Assembly (NCBI RefSeq): GCF_009914755.1
Contig: NC_060943.1
Source: the human T2T-CHM13v2.0 reference genome, Homo sapiens
DNA: 64,000 nt
Reading direction: 5' to 3' (one strand)
A program made the translations under genes and the position numbers. Numbering within the stretch: position 1 is the first letter of the stretch; each line of letters begins with the position of its first letter. This document shows, one piece after another, positions 25,817-50,085 of this stretch. A model generated the notes under the pieces. That model made no database searches. It was not told where the DNA came from and saw only the letters and a program-made list of their open reading frames with translations.

Positions 25817-26363
25817 CTAAAAGAGCAAATGATTAATGAATAAGAGATGCGGGAGAGTAGACAGGGTCAGTAGTTACCTAAGGAATCCAGAATCCCAAAC
25901 CCCAAATCACAGGGCCTCCCTCAGCTCGTCTACTACTGAGGCTGAAGCATCCCCCCACACCCCTGGCCTGGTGGAAGAAACCACTCCCTGGAGTCAGGCA
26001 ACCTAGGTTGCTCTCAGGGGTCCTTGAGGAAACCATCAGCCCTTGAAACCCCAGTTCCTTATCTGAAACAGGGCTAACAATACCCGTTAGGCTATTGGAA
26101 GGTATAAGGGATAACGGAGGTAAGGACTATACGATATTTGGCGCACAGTGGGCCACTAGCATCGTGAATATCGTTCCTGGTGTCTAACCCAAATCCCACC
26201 TACTCTGTCCTGTTTCTCCCCTAGAATCTTATGGTACTGGAATGATGGAAAAGAATGTCGACCCCAAATCTCCCTTAGCTGGAAGGAGGCGTGGCTGGTG
26301 GCCTCCTGACACTGTGCTTGAGACGGACCCAGAAGGCAGGCCCAGGGCAGGATGAAGGCTCAC

Positions 26364-26467
26364 CTTTCCTGCTTCAGCGCATACTCTAGCATCTTGATCC
26401 GCCGCACCAGGTCCGTCTTTAGATTCTCCTGCCCTTTCCTCTCTCCCTGAAGGAAGGCCACCTGAGC
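26364..26467 (-). CDS. STRN4: STRN4 exon 2 (104 nt; AQVAFLQGERKGQENLKTDLVRRIKMLEYALKQE)
   Basis: Striatin coiled coil / PP2A-binding region; cag acceptor, gtgagc donor. Confidence 0.96.
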
Positions 26468-27567
26468 CTGGGAGGGCAGACAGGAGGCAAAGGGAGATAA
26501 TGGGGCTCAGGCTCAATGCCGGTGTGTCTATCACTCACCCAGGTATAGTGCCAGCCCACAGTCACCCCACAGTAATGGGCAGCAGCCACTTCCTCAGGCA
26601 CAAAGATCCCAAGCCAGGGTTCAGGGAGCACTGAGAGGACAGGATGGATCTGTTTCCAGGGCCCCCTGCCACGTCACCCACAACGAGGGCCGAAGGGGAG
26701 CCCTTAACCCCTGAGATAACAATGGGGCCAGCCTGGGCCTCACCTGGTGGCTGCCTTTGGGGGGAAGTCGGGTCAGGGATGGCAGTGGAGAGGAGGGTGG
26801 GCATTCACCGCCCTGGACTACCCCTGACGCCCTCTGGCAGGTGCTGTCCCTAAGGCTGCTGGTGGAGGTGGCGTCCCACTATTCTTACCAGAGCATCTGT
26901 CTCTGGGAGGCGTGGGAAGCTACTTCTGGAGCTTAGGGACAAGAGTGGGTGGCTCGGCTCGGCTCCTGCTCCAATAGAAAAGCTTTACAAGCCAAGCCCG
27001 CTGTGGGGACCAGCCGTCCCACTGCATTCCGCCCAGGGTGTGAGAGAAATGTGCCACAGACACGACCCCGGGTTCCTGCCAAGCACTTCACACCGTCTGC
27101 TGGCTTGAGCTGCCCCGTCTGCTCCAGTCTGTCAACAGGTCATTTGGAGACACTGGGCCCACTGCCTTCCAGGCAGGATCCTGGCCCCTGACCATGGTCC
27201 AGAAGCTCTTCTGCCAAAGCCCTGGCCCAAGGCTCATCTCTGGCTTCTCCCCAAGCACCCCACCGTTCCAGCCCAGAACAGCCAGAGCCCAGGCCCAACT
27301 TAGACACTTACTCACTACATGATCTTACGCAGGTCATCAGCCTTCTCTGAGCCTCCATTTGCCCCTCTAGAAAATGAGAGTCACAAGAGTGCCCTCCCCT
27401 CATGTGCTAGGTTCTGCTCAGTCAAGGCCTGGCACAGAATAAAGGCTAACAAATGCCAGCTTCTACTTCTTTCATCATTTTTATTCTCCCTGTCCATTGT
27501 TCGCAACTTCGAAATGGGCCCAGTTCCTTACGGGAGGTAGGATCCCTTGGAGACCCCAGATCAACTA

Positions 27568-27929
<362 letters not shown>

Positions 27930-30012
27930 TCAAGAATGGGAATTTTTTTTCCTTTTTAACACTTTTTACCAACACATATGTATATAAACATCCAAGGCCA
28001 GACAGGGAAACTACTTATATGACATCAGCATCTCTGAAGCATGAGTTTCTGTCCTTTGTGTATCTTCTCAGTCCCCCAAATCTACTCTCTGAATCACTGG
28101 AGAAGGTGTGAGGAGAGGCAGACCGACCACCGAAGACAAGTCCTGACTTTCCTCCTCACTCTCCTCCCTTCCCTCCTGGGGTTTGGTGATTGATCCCTCA
28201 ACCTCCCAGGGGCAGTTCAGCCTGCCGGGAACCTACACCTTGGTCAATACCTGCCACTGTTTGGTGACTGCCCACACACATCAGGTGCCCCAGTAAGGCG
28301 CTGGGGAATAACAGAGGAGCCATGTGGTTCCTGCACCCACAGGGCTCAGTCCCATGCAGGAGACAGGCATGAGCAGCAACTCACATGCAATGTGACTAGG
28401 ACCCCATTGCGGGAGCGAAGGACGCTATGGGAAGAGGGACAAGAGGCGACAATTCAGCTAAGGCCTGAAGCTGAAGAGAAGTTAGCCAGGGGAGGGAAGG
28501 GCCCTGCTGGCAGAGGACGGAGACAAGAGCTGCATGGTGGGCTTAAGGAACTCTAAAAAAGGCCAGGATGGCTGCTTCAGAACCTGTAAAAGGCTCAGTG
28601 AAGCCATGGAAGGGTTTTAAGTACAGAGAGGTAACCGATTCGCATGTTATAAAGGCAGCTCCAGCTAAAACATGGAGAACTGACTGGAGGGAGTTCTGGA
28701 GGGAGACTAGAGGGAGGGAGCAGGAGAGCGGCAGAGCTGGACACAGAGACCCCCATCACAGATGAGGGCAGTCCCAGAAATCCCAGGACAGAACGGTAGT
28801 GGCTTGGACTAGGCCGGGGCAGTGGACACAGTAGTGGTCTATCTGTGGGGGCAGGAGGTGGAGTTGGGCATCCCAACCAGACCTGTCACTGGCTGGGTTC
28901 CCCCTTCATCCCTCTGCTGCCTCATCGAGCTGTGGTCTCCCTCCTCCTAATGAGGATGTGAGGGTCTCAGCTGCCCACTCTGCTTTGCTGTCCCTTTCCC
29001 AGTGCCTCTGGAAAGAGAACCAGAAAGACATGGTTGGAGCATCTCAGGGAGGTGGAAACCCACCAAAAACGGGAAGCGTCAGTGGCCAGTCTCTCCCTCG
29101 CTGCAAACGCCAGCAGCCCCCACGGGCTGTCTGGTCTGCGAGGGCCAAGGTAGGCCTGAGGGTCGGTCGGGGATCTGGAAGTGCCGCTCACCATATCCAC
29201 CCACTGCCACTCCCTCTAGCCAGAGCCGCAGAGCATGCGCTCCCAAAACCTTCTGATACCTGGCAGCTACTGCCTCTCCGCCCCTCCAGCTATTCCCAGC
29301 AAGGCGACATCTAAAGGCTTCGGAGGAGTCCCAGCAATTCAGTCCTCCCAGGAGCTGATGCCTCTCTGAATTCGCTGCTTCCTGTCCCAGCTAGCTGGGA
29401 AGAGTCCCCGTTTCGTGCCATCTAGCCCTGCATCTCCTAAGGGCCTCCTTCCCAAGCTTCAGCAGCTGCTGGCAGGAATGGGCCCCCAGGAAGCTGAAGT
29501 GGGCAGGGGCAGCTCCGCACATTCTCTGCTGGCACCGCACTCACTGCAGGTCCCTGTCGCTGCTCCTATACAAATCTCCAGTTCAGATCCCTCATTAAAA
29601 GGTCCCTCCCATCCTCAAAAAGCTTCCCCTCTCAGAGTTGCCACAGAACAGGGGCAGAGCCACACAATCAACTGTGCATGAACATCTACAGCTCTGCGGT
29701 CCCCTGCACAAACAAGCTTCCTCTGCCAGCCTGGAAGTTTCGGATGGGCAGAAACCACGTTACTTACTTCTCAGAATCCCCCACCTAGCAAATGCCTGCT
29801 CATTATCAGACTGCAGCTCCGCCACCTTCCTGCTCCAAACTTATGGTGACTACTGGCAGGACCTCCCTGGGGGCTGCCTTCTCTGCCATTCAACACACAG
29901 GTACCAAGCAGGGTCGCACGGCAGGTCTTCTGCTAGGAGCAGCTGTATTAAGCTCTTCAGAGAAAAGTTATTCAGAGTCCATCAGGAAAATCTGACACTG
30001 CCTAGCTCTTAA

Positions 30013-30440
<428 letters not shown>

Positions 30441-31088
30441 AATCACTGTTTCATAAACACATCCATTCTACTATTCCACTCATCTGTTCTGCTTCATTCT
30501 TGCACAGGAATAAGGGGTTCTCACTGCAGCCATGTCTGATGGGGGAAAAACTAGAAAAAATCTAAAAGTCCACCAACCAGGGTCAAACTCAATCAGCTAT
30601 GGTGCAAACATCCCGTGGGACGCTATGCAGCTATCAAAAAGAAAGAGTTCTCTGTGCTGATATGAAAGGAAAACCAAAACAGATTATTATGTCACAAAAT
30701 GATACATACAGCAGTAGTTCATCTATTACATAAGCACAATAACTCTTCTCTCTCAGGAGAGAAGAGCAGGAAAGGGACGAAGAGAAGGAACTTTCCTTTT
30801 TCACTTACATATATATGTGTATACACACACTCACACACACACACACACCCCTCTGAGATGTCTGAATTTTTACTAACTTAACAGAATAAAAGAAAACAAA
30901 AGTACAAAGTGACAGTGCTGGTACCATGCCAGACACAAGTTCCTCTCAAACTCCAAGAAGGGTCAGTAAGTGAGGGGATAAACATCTTTTCTCTCATCAG
31001 CCTCCAGGATGAGAAGATGGTGTGGTGGGTGCTGTGCGGTGCACTGGTGCAAAGTCCCAGAGGCCAAGATTCAGTCCAAGCTCTGCTA

Positions 31089-31553
<465 letters not shown>

Positions 31554-31970
31554 TCATCTGCTGGGATCCTAGATAAATCACCCTCTCAAAACCTCCATTT
31601 CCTCTCCTGATTTTTTTTAAAGGTAGGGGGAATATCCTTTATCCTCCCAGAATGCTGCAAGAATTAAATGACAGCTCGTATCTACAGTACTTGATACAGC
31701 GCCCCAGACATGGTATGTGCTCACTAAATTGCAGCTGGTACCGTTATTGCTGAGTGAGGTAATGACACTGCCTCTGCCTACATCACAGGGCATTGTGAAG
31801 ATCTGATGAGATGTATGCTGGGAAAGAGCTTCGGAAGTAGAGAGTGGGACAGAAGTGAGAGCAGTTACATAAGGATTCTGCTCCCATCCCAGCCCCAAGC
31901 CTCAGCCACCACAAGTGAGGGCAGGGGGAGAGTTACTGGAGGGTCTTTACTCATCCTATGAACAAAATGC

Positions 31971-32258
31971 TTTTTTTTGAGACAGGATCTCACTCTTTTG
32001 CCCAGGCTGGAGTGCAGTGGTGCAATCATGGCTCACCGCAGCCTCAACCTCCGGGGTTTAAGCAATCCTCCCACCTCAGCCTCCTGAGTAGCTGGGACTA
32101 TAGGCGCATGTCACCACACCCGGCTAATTTTTGTACTTTTTTGTAGAGATGAGGTCTTGCTATGTTGGCCAGGCTGGCCTCGAACTCCTGGGCTCAAGGG
32201 ATTCTCCCACCTCAACCTCCCCAAGTGTTGGGATTACAGGCGTGAGCCACCGCACCCC
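31971..32258 (-). mobile_element. AluJ
   Basis: Antisense Alu with J-type aagcaatcctcccacctcagcc. Confidence 0.85.
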
Positions 32259-33633
32259 ATCCCTACCGACACAATTCTCATCAGCTATTTATTTGGGTAC
32301 CAGCTTCCTACTAGATAGCAAACGGCAAATCGGAAGGGGAAAGGTGGGCTGCTACAAGCAGGTAATGACAATTTCTGCTAATAATAACCCAGTCCAAGAA
32401 TCTTCAGACTTCCAGCGGGCCATTCCTGATCCCTTCAAATCCGGACATCTCCATGGTCCTCCAGTCACTGCCAATGGACCTGACGCTCCACGAGGTCACA
32501 AACCCTAGCCCAACTCCTCAGACTCTTCCATTCAACATCCCTGTCCCAAGCTACCCCAAAAACCACGGGGTCTTTTCCCAAGACTTCCACAAACATATCC
32601 CCTTCCCCCCAACCCCAGTCTACCCCCATTCCGAGATGCCTCCTCATGTTGCCTTCGGGCTCTACAAAATTCTCCCCCCTAAAGCATCACCCCAGGGTAA
32701 CCCCTAACTCGTCCTCATTGGCACCATCCCAGGACCCTCACCTCCATACTGGACATGCCCAACACCCCACACTCCAGTTCAGGGCTCTCTACCTACATCC
32801 TACAACACACGTGCCATCTCAGTGCCATCGCGCCCACTCCTGCACACCCCCAAAGTGGAACTTCCACTCTTAAGCTCTCCCATCCAGGCTCCTAGGGTAC
32901 ATTCTCTGCTCTGTCCACACTTCCACTCCAAAGAACCCTTCCCTGCACTGTGCAGCCACACATGCCCGGGATCCCCAAAGTTTCTCCTCAGAGGGGAAGG
33001 CACACACCTTCATCCTGGACCCCTTGAAACCCTCCTCCCACCCCTCGGGTCCTTACACAGCCCTCCTTCCGTGCCCACCGTCCAGTCGCCCCGAAACACA
33101 CCGATCCCAGGTTCCCGACTTCCTCTCCCTAAATCCTCCCGGTTCCCCATCTGGACCCGCTCTTTCCCAGCGGGTCCCAAGTTCCCCCCTTGGACGCTCC
33201 CACCTCCAACCTGCACCTGGCTAGGGCCATGGTCGGGGTCGGGGTCGGGAGTCCCTCGGCGCCCGGCAAGCTTCTGCTTACTCCCACAGGAGACCACTCA
33301 GGTCTCCCAGACCCCTCCAGCTCCTCTCCACACCCTTTCCCGAGTTCTCTTAGCCTCCCCTCCAGGGCTCGAGTCGCCTCTCTCAGGAGCCCCGCGGCCA
33401 GCGTGCTCAGTCCCAGTCCCAGTCCCACTCCCAGCTGGTTGTGGTCCCTCCGCCCCTTTCTCTCGGCCGGTCCCGGTGATCCCTCCCACCCCCGGTCCCT
33501 CCACTCCCACCTCGGGCCGTCCCGGTCCCGTCCCACCCCGGAGTGCCCTCAGGACACCCCTCGGACGGCCCCTCACTCGCCCTCCGGGACCGTCGCGGTC
33601 CCCTCCCGCCCCCCCCCCGGCCGTCCCGGCGGC

Positions 33634-33667
33634 CATTGCTCCAAGATGGCGGCGGCGGCGGCAGCGG
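33634..33667 (+). other. FKRP: FKRP 5'UTR exon 1 (start approximate)
   Basis: ...CCAAGATGGCGGCGGCGGCGGCAGCGG|gtgagg donor; 62+151+39 nt of downstream UTR places this end at c.-253. Confidence 0.75.
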
Positions 33668-33725
33668 GTGAGGCCGGGCCGGGCCGGGCCGGGTTGGGGG
33701 TCGGGGGTCCCGGGACAGCGCTCAC

Positions 33726-34007
33726 CTGTAACTCGGCGCGCTCGGCCTCCCAGCGGGCTTTCTCGGCTTCGAAGCGCGCCCACTCGTGCTGGATAAAGTG
33801 CAGGATCCCCGGCAGGCTCAGGGGCTCCGGGCCCGCCGTGGGCCCGGGGCTGCCTCCGCCGCCGCCTCCCTTACCTGCCGGGCCCGGCCCGGGGGCAGGG
33901 GCGGAGACCGGGGCCGCCCCAGTGGGGCCAGGGCCCGCGCCTGAGCCGAGCGGACGGCAGGAGGAGGCGGCGGCGGCGACCGCGGCGGCCGCTCGCTCCT
34001 CCATCAT
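33726..34007 (-). CDS. STRN4: STRN4 (striatin-4/zinedin) exon 1 coding part (282 nt; MMEERAAAAVAAAASS...LPGILHFIQHEWARFEAEKARWEAERAELQ)
   Basis: ATG at 34007; caveolin-binding FxxxEWxRF motif; CAG|gtgagc donor. Confidence 0.97.
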
Positions 34008-34441
34008 GGAGGCCCCGGGGCCGGCCCGCGCGCCCGCTGTGCCTCGCGCGCCTGCGCGGCCGCGCCAACACCCCCCCCCCTCCCCCGCCGCAACCACCGC
34101 GCGCGCGCCCGGCGGGGGACAGTAGGAAGGGGGGCCGGCGGCGAGCGCGAGCCTCGCCCACCCGGGTCTACACCGAAGGGTAGCGTGCCCGCGCGGGGGC
34201 CGGCGGGTGGGAGATCGCGCCCCGAGGAGGGCGAGGGAGACCCAGGCCCCGCGCGACGGTCCCCCTCGCTGGAGTGAGACTGAGGAAGGGGCCGCTTTCT
34301 GCCCCCCTCCTCCCACTTCGCCCCAGAGAAAGAGCCTTACCCCTTCCACACCCAAACACCACTCTCCTGGACAATTACTTTTACTCTGAGAGAAAGGGCG
34401 ACCAGCAGTGGCCCCATCCTCTCTGATTGCCGGCCAGGTTG

Positions 34442-35422
<981 letters not shown>

Positions 35423-35603
35423 TGACATCCCTCCCATTCACCCCACCCCACTCCTGAGACACCCCAGGTGGTGCCCGAGATTATAGGACTTCAAGAGAAA
35501 GGATTCCCTGACCTTTCTCTTGCCACTTTTGTGGATAAGATGAAATTGTGCTCTATTGTACGGAAATGGCTGATTTGGGATTTTCTGGTTCTCCTCCTCT
35601 CAG

Positions 35604-35665
35604 GAGCGCAGCTCAGCTGGGCTGGAACTGCCCTCCTGGAACTCCCCCAGCCTACAACCTAGGAG
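35604..35665 (+). other. FKRP: FKRP 5'UTR exon 2 (62 nt)
   Basis: ttctcctcctctcag acceptor; GAG|gtaaga donor. Confidence 0.85.
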
Positions 35666-35725
35666 GTAAGAAGTCCCTCAGTGTCACCTACACTCTCATG
35701 GAAACTGCCCTTCCTCATTCCTTAA

Positions 35726-36052
<327 letters not shown>

Positions 36053-36091
36053 CTCTCATTTTTTTCTAACCGTCACATTCCCATTCCACAG

Positions 36092-36242
36092 GTGCAGGGA
36101 CTGAGGCTCAGGCCAAATCGCAACTCAGACCCAGTGAACCCAAGGCCTGAAGAGAATTTGGATTCATTTACCTTGTTTTGTGGGGACTGGAGAGACAAGT
36201 AAACTCTCAGAGTAACTGTCCCCTCTGACTACCATTTCTAAG
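36092..36242 (+). other. FKRP: FKRP 5'UTR exon 3 (151 nt), ending at a GC donor
   Basis: ctaac branch point then cattccacag acceptor; donor TAAG|gcaagc. Confidence 0.75.
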
Positions 36243-36265
36243 GCAAGCCCCCTGTTTCTACTCTT

Positions 36266-36279
36266 GCGCCCCCTGCTGG
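36266..36279 (-). promoter_or_regulatory. CTCF motif
   Basis: Reverse complement CCAGCAGGGGGCGC. Confidence 0.6.
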
Positions 36280-36319
36280 TTTCCTGCCCTGTCTGTAAGT
36301 TGCATGGCTTTTGTCCGTC

Positions 36320-42730
<6,411 letters not shown>

Positions 42731-43195
42731 ACCTTTTTTTTTCATTTATATTTTTCAGCACCCCACTTAAAATTTTTTTTAAATTCTGATTAAGTATATA
42801 TAACATTAAATGTACCATCTTAACCATTTTTCAGCACACAGTTCAGTAGTGTTAAATGCATTCATACTGTTGTGCCAACAAACCTCTGGGACCTTTTCAT
42901 CTTCCCAAACTGAAACTCTGTACTTATCAAACAACTCCCCATTCCCCCCTGCCTGCAACCCCTGGCACCCGTCATTCTACTTTATGTTTCTATTAGTTTG
43001 ACTCACTCTGTTTAAAAAAAAAAAAAAAAATTCTGAGGACACCCAGAGTTGGTGCATGGCCCAGACTGGGAGGTCAGGGAGTGCTTCCTGGAGAAGGGGA
43101 AGTCAAAGCTGAAACCAAATAGGGAAAAGAAAGGGAATTGAGAAAGAGCTGTAGAAAGGGGCAAGGCTGAGGGTGGCAGAAGGGGGTGGTTCTGA

Positions 43196-44761
<1,566 letters not shown>

Positions 44762-45297
44762 AGCCCTGATAACCTCGCCTTTGTTTTTCGGGGGTCTGTC
44801 TGGATGTGGAGAAGCTCTGTGTGAGCGGTGAGGGGTGGAGGGATGTCGCGGAGAGGGGAAGGGGGAAACTGACCAAGAAAGAAATTCTAAGGAGAGCATG
44901 AGAGAAGGCTGGCATTGGCAGGAGGAGAGCACCAGGACGAGGATGGGAAGCGACCTCCAGATTTATCAAATGGTCATGCCCACTGGGAGCCGTGGATATG
45001 CGTGGGGACATCCTGGGTCATCTCAGTCATGGAGGGAGACGGGGATGTCACGCCGTCCCGCAGGGCCCAGCACAGCCCCAGACCCGAAAAAAGTGTTCTG
45101 CCCAAGATTCCGAGAGCCCTGCGCTCTAGGGCAGGGGCAGAGTTTTGGAAACAGTGCAGGCTCTGGAGCCAGACTGGCGAGATTCAAATCCTGGCTCTAT
45201 CGCTTCGGAGCCAGGTGGGCCTGGGGGGGCGTCGCAGTCTCTCTGTGCCTCAGTTGCTTCCAGGATGCGGGACCCTTGGCTGCAGGGGTTGCTTCCG

Positions 45298-45311
45298 CCA
45301 CTAGAGGGCGC
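45298..45311 (+). promoter_or_regulatory. CTCF motif in FKRP 3'UTR
   Basis: CCACTAGAGGGCGC. Confidence 0.6.
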
Positions 45312-45613
45312 GCCGGTCCCGCTCCTGGTGGCCCACTGTGGCTGCCCGGGCGACAGTACGCCCAGGGCCTGTGTTCCATAGCCATCTACTCTCTTGAGCC
45401 TTTGGACTTCTCTCCAAGCCCCTGTGGGAGGCGGACAGCAGTGACCACCTCCCCTTCTTTTGGACTGCGACCTCCTTCCCTCCTGGGAGAGCCCTGTGAC
45501 CTGCATGCTACTCTTAACTGTTCTATTCAAGACTGAATAGAAGTATTTCAGTCTTGCAGAGGAGGAAATGCTCAGAGCTCCGAGGTGCGGCTGTGGTCGA
45601 GAACCGGGTGCTG

Positions 45614-45750
45614 GGCCGGGCGCGGGGGCTCACGCCTGTAATCCCAGCACTTTGGGAGGCCGAGGTGGGAGGATCGCTTGAGCCCAGGAGTCTGAGACCA
45701 GCCTCGGCAACATGCCAAGACCCCGTCTCTATTTTTAAAAAAGAAAAAGA
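45614..45750 (+). mobile_element. FLAM / Alu monomer in FKRP 3'UTR
   Basis: ggccgggcgcgggggctcacgcctgtaatcccagc... Confidence 0.85.
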
Positions 45751-46193
45751 ACCGACTTCTGAATCGCAGCTCCACTCATGACTAATACCTCATTATTTCA
45801 GCTGTCTGCACCTAATTCCCCACTTGCACGGCAGTGTAGACAATAACCATAGCTCACACTCACTGAGCACCTACTGGGTACCAGGCACCATTCTCAGTGT
45901 TTCACCTGGATCAACTAATGCGTCCCTCACCTCAGCCCTCTGAAGTGACAGCTGCTATTATTTTCATTACACAGATGAAAAAGCTGAGGCCAGAATCGTG
46001 AAGTCACTTGCTCAAGGTCAGGCAGCTTAGGAAGGGGCAGATCGGGGGCTTGAACCCAGGTGGTCAGGCTCTGGAGCCCACAATTGTCTTACCCACTATG
46101 CCCCTCTCTAGTCATGGTCCCCAAGAGGGGCTTGGAGACCCACTTAGCAGGTGAAAGCAATGGCAGCCTTCCTTATTTGATTATGCACCTAAG

Positions 46194-46282
46194 AATAAAT
46201 GGTATTTGGGCATGTATTCCCAATATGTGTATATTTATTTATAAATATATACAGATACTATTATCTGTATGTTAGTAATAAA
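46194..46282 (+). terminator. FKRP: FKRP tandem polyadenylation signals (AATAAA at 46194 and 46277)
   Basis: Two AATAAA in AT-rich context with a downstream T-rich element. Confidence 0.7.
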
Positions 46283-47029
46283 GCTTAAATTATTCCATTT
46301 TAAAATTATGAATATGAATAGGGTTTTTTTTATGTTTCTTGCCTCATCCCAATGACTTTTGCACACCCAGGTGTGAGCACCCAGCATTCAAGACCACGGG
46401 TTAAAAAAAAAAAAAAAAAGCTGGCCGGGCGTGGTGGCTCACGCCTGTGATCCCAACACTTTTGGGAGGCTGAGACAGGAGGAACACTTGAGCTCGGGAG
46501 TTCGAGACCAGCCTGAGCAATAGAGCAAGACTCTTGTCAATTAAAAATAATAAATAAAGCCAGGCATGGTGGCTCACGCCTATAATCCCAACACTTTGGG
46601 AGCCCAAGGCGGACGGATCACAAGGTCAAGAGATCGAGACCATCCTGGCTAACACAGTGAAACTCCGTCTCTACTAAAAATACAAAAAATTAGCTGGACA
46701 TGGTGGCGGGCACCTGTAGTCCCAGCTACTCAGGAGGCTGAGGCAGGAGAATGGCATGAACCCGGGAGGCGGAGCTTGCAGTGAGCCAAGATTGTGCCAC
46801 CGCCCTCCAGCCTGAGCAACAGAGCAAGACTCCATCTCAAAAAAATAAAATAATAAATAAGAGGCAAAATGTTAAAAATAAGCAAGGACTGGGCACAGTG
46901 GCTCATGCCTGTAATCCCGGTACTTTCGGAAGCCAAAATTGGAGGATCCTTTAAGGCCAAGAGTTCAAGATCAGCCTGGGCAACATAGCGAGATCCCCTG
47001 TCTCTACAAAATAATAAAAAAATAGCCAC

Positions 47030-47862
<833 letters not shown>

Positions 47863-49032
47863 TCATAGACCAGCAAGAGAAGATTACTGTTTGGCCGAGT
47901 CTCCTGAGGCTCAGACATCCAAAGCCTGACTTCTTGTAACCCAACCCCTGCTTTTAACCACTGAACCCAAAAATGGTTCACAAAGAGACTTGGCAGGTCC
48001 ACAGGGAGGATTCTGGAATGCATGGGGATGATTTGCATTATCATCATGACTGGAAGCTGCTCTTGGCTCTTGGCAGTCGTGGTCCAGGGATGCAGATGTC
48101 TTGTAATATTCAGGAATCTCCACACAGTACAGCATCATCCCTTGTCTCATGCAGCTTCCAGATGTCTCATTGGACATTCACGAAGGAAGGGTAATATTCA
48201 AAATGTTTTGCCACTGGTACTGTAATATAAATTAGTATATGTCAATGTATGCATCAAATTTTTAAAATATTTTAGGCCAGGCATAGTGTAATCCCAGCAC
48301 CTTGGGAGGCCAAGACAGGAGGATGGCTTGAAGCCAGGAATTCGAGACCAGCCTGGGCAACATAGAGAGACCCTCATCTCTACAAAACATTTCAAAAATT
48401 GAGCAGGGCGTGGTGGTTTACACCATTAATCCCAGCACTTTGGAAGGCCGAGGCAGGTGAATTGCTTGAGCCCAGGAGTTCAAGACCAGACTAGGGGCCA
48501 GGCGGGGTGGCTCATGCCTGTAATCCCACCACTTTGGGAGGCTGAGGGCGGGCAGATCACTTGAAGCCAGGAGTTCAAGACCAGCCTGGCCAACAAGGCA
48601 AAACCATGTCTCTACTAAAAATACAGCAATTAGCTGGGCGTGGTGGTGCACCCCTGCAGTCCCAGCTACTCAGGATGCTGAGGTGGGAGGATCACCTGAG
48701 CCCAGGAGGTCAAGGCTACAGTGAGCCATGATCATGTCACTGCATTCCAGCCTGGGCAACAGAGTGAGACCCTGTCTCAAAAAAACAAAAATCCTTATTA
48801 TCACCTAAGTTATGATATGACAAAGATCTGTCACAATTAACTTGAACTAATTCATTTTTATTCAAATATGTATTGAATTTCAGTGCTTTCTCAACTACTC
48901 TTGTACTATTATTATCCAGTCAGAAGTATTTCAGTATTTTAACAACCAGTATTGGCCAAGTATGGTGACTCACGCCTGTAATCCTAGCACTTTGGGAGGC
49001 CGAGGTGGGTGGATCACAAGGTCAGGAGTTCA

Positions 49033-49254
<222 letters not shown>

Positions 49255-49605
49255 TTATTTCCATACTAGTTCAGACCAACTAAATTTTAGCCTTACTTGG
49301 AGGTGAAAACCCTGGCCAAAAATCTCTCTCTTGTACGTACAAAGTCCTTTTTGTTTTTAAATAGCCTCGGAATCTTCCAGGAAGTGCAACTACCACAAAA
49401 AATGAGGGAAGCTTGTATCGTGTTTTGTTCAAAACTTGGCCAAAGGTTGTCCACCATGTGAAAAAACTCACATTGCACATGGCTCTTGGTAATTGGACAC
49501 CAGTCCACGTGTTTTCAATGTGTTGGAACTGTCTATATTACAGGCATAAACATCTGCCTACCTCCTTGGGTTCTAGGGGACTGGCTCCACACATCCGCAT
49601 AATGA

Positions 49606-49918
<313 letters not shown>

Positions 49919-50041
49919 TAGGTGCGGTGTCGCACGCCTGTAATGCCAGTAGTTTGGGAGGCCAAGGCGGATGGATTACTTGAGGTCAGGAGTTCGAGAC
50001 CAGCCTGGCCAACATGGTGAAACCCCATCTCTACTAAAAAT

Positions 50042-50085
<44 letters not shown>

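Larger units (their letters stand above)
33200..34350. promoter_or_regulatory. Shared CpG island / overlapping divergent promoters of STRN4 (-) and FKRP (+)
   Basis: Very high GC and CpG content; contains STRN4 exon 1 and FKRP exon 1; YY1/TISU motif CAAGATGGCGGC at 33642-33653. Confidence 0.88.

Noticed and set aside
32822-34125. 324-aa and 311-aa plus-strand ORFs
   Set aside because: CpG-island artefacts; only the short spliced uORF from 33646 is plausible.
44835-45536. 233-aa ORF in the FKRP 3'UTR
   Set aside because: GTG start, runs through a MIR-like segment, no domain-like features.
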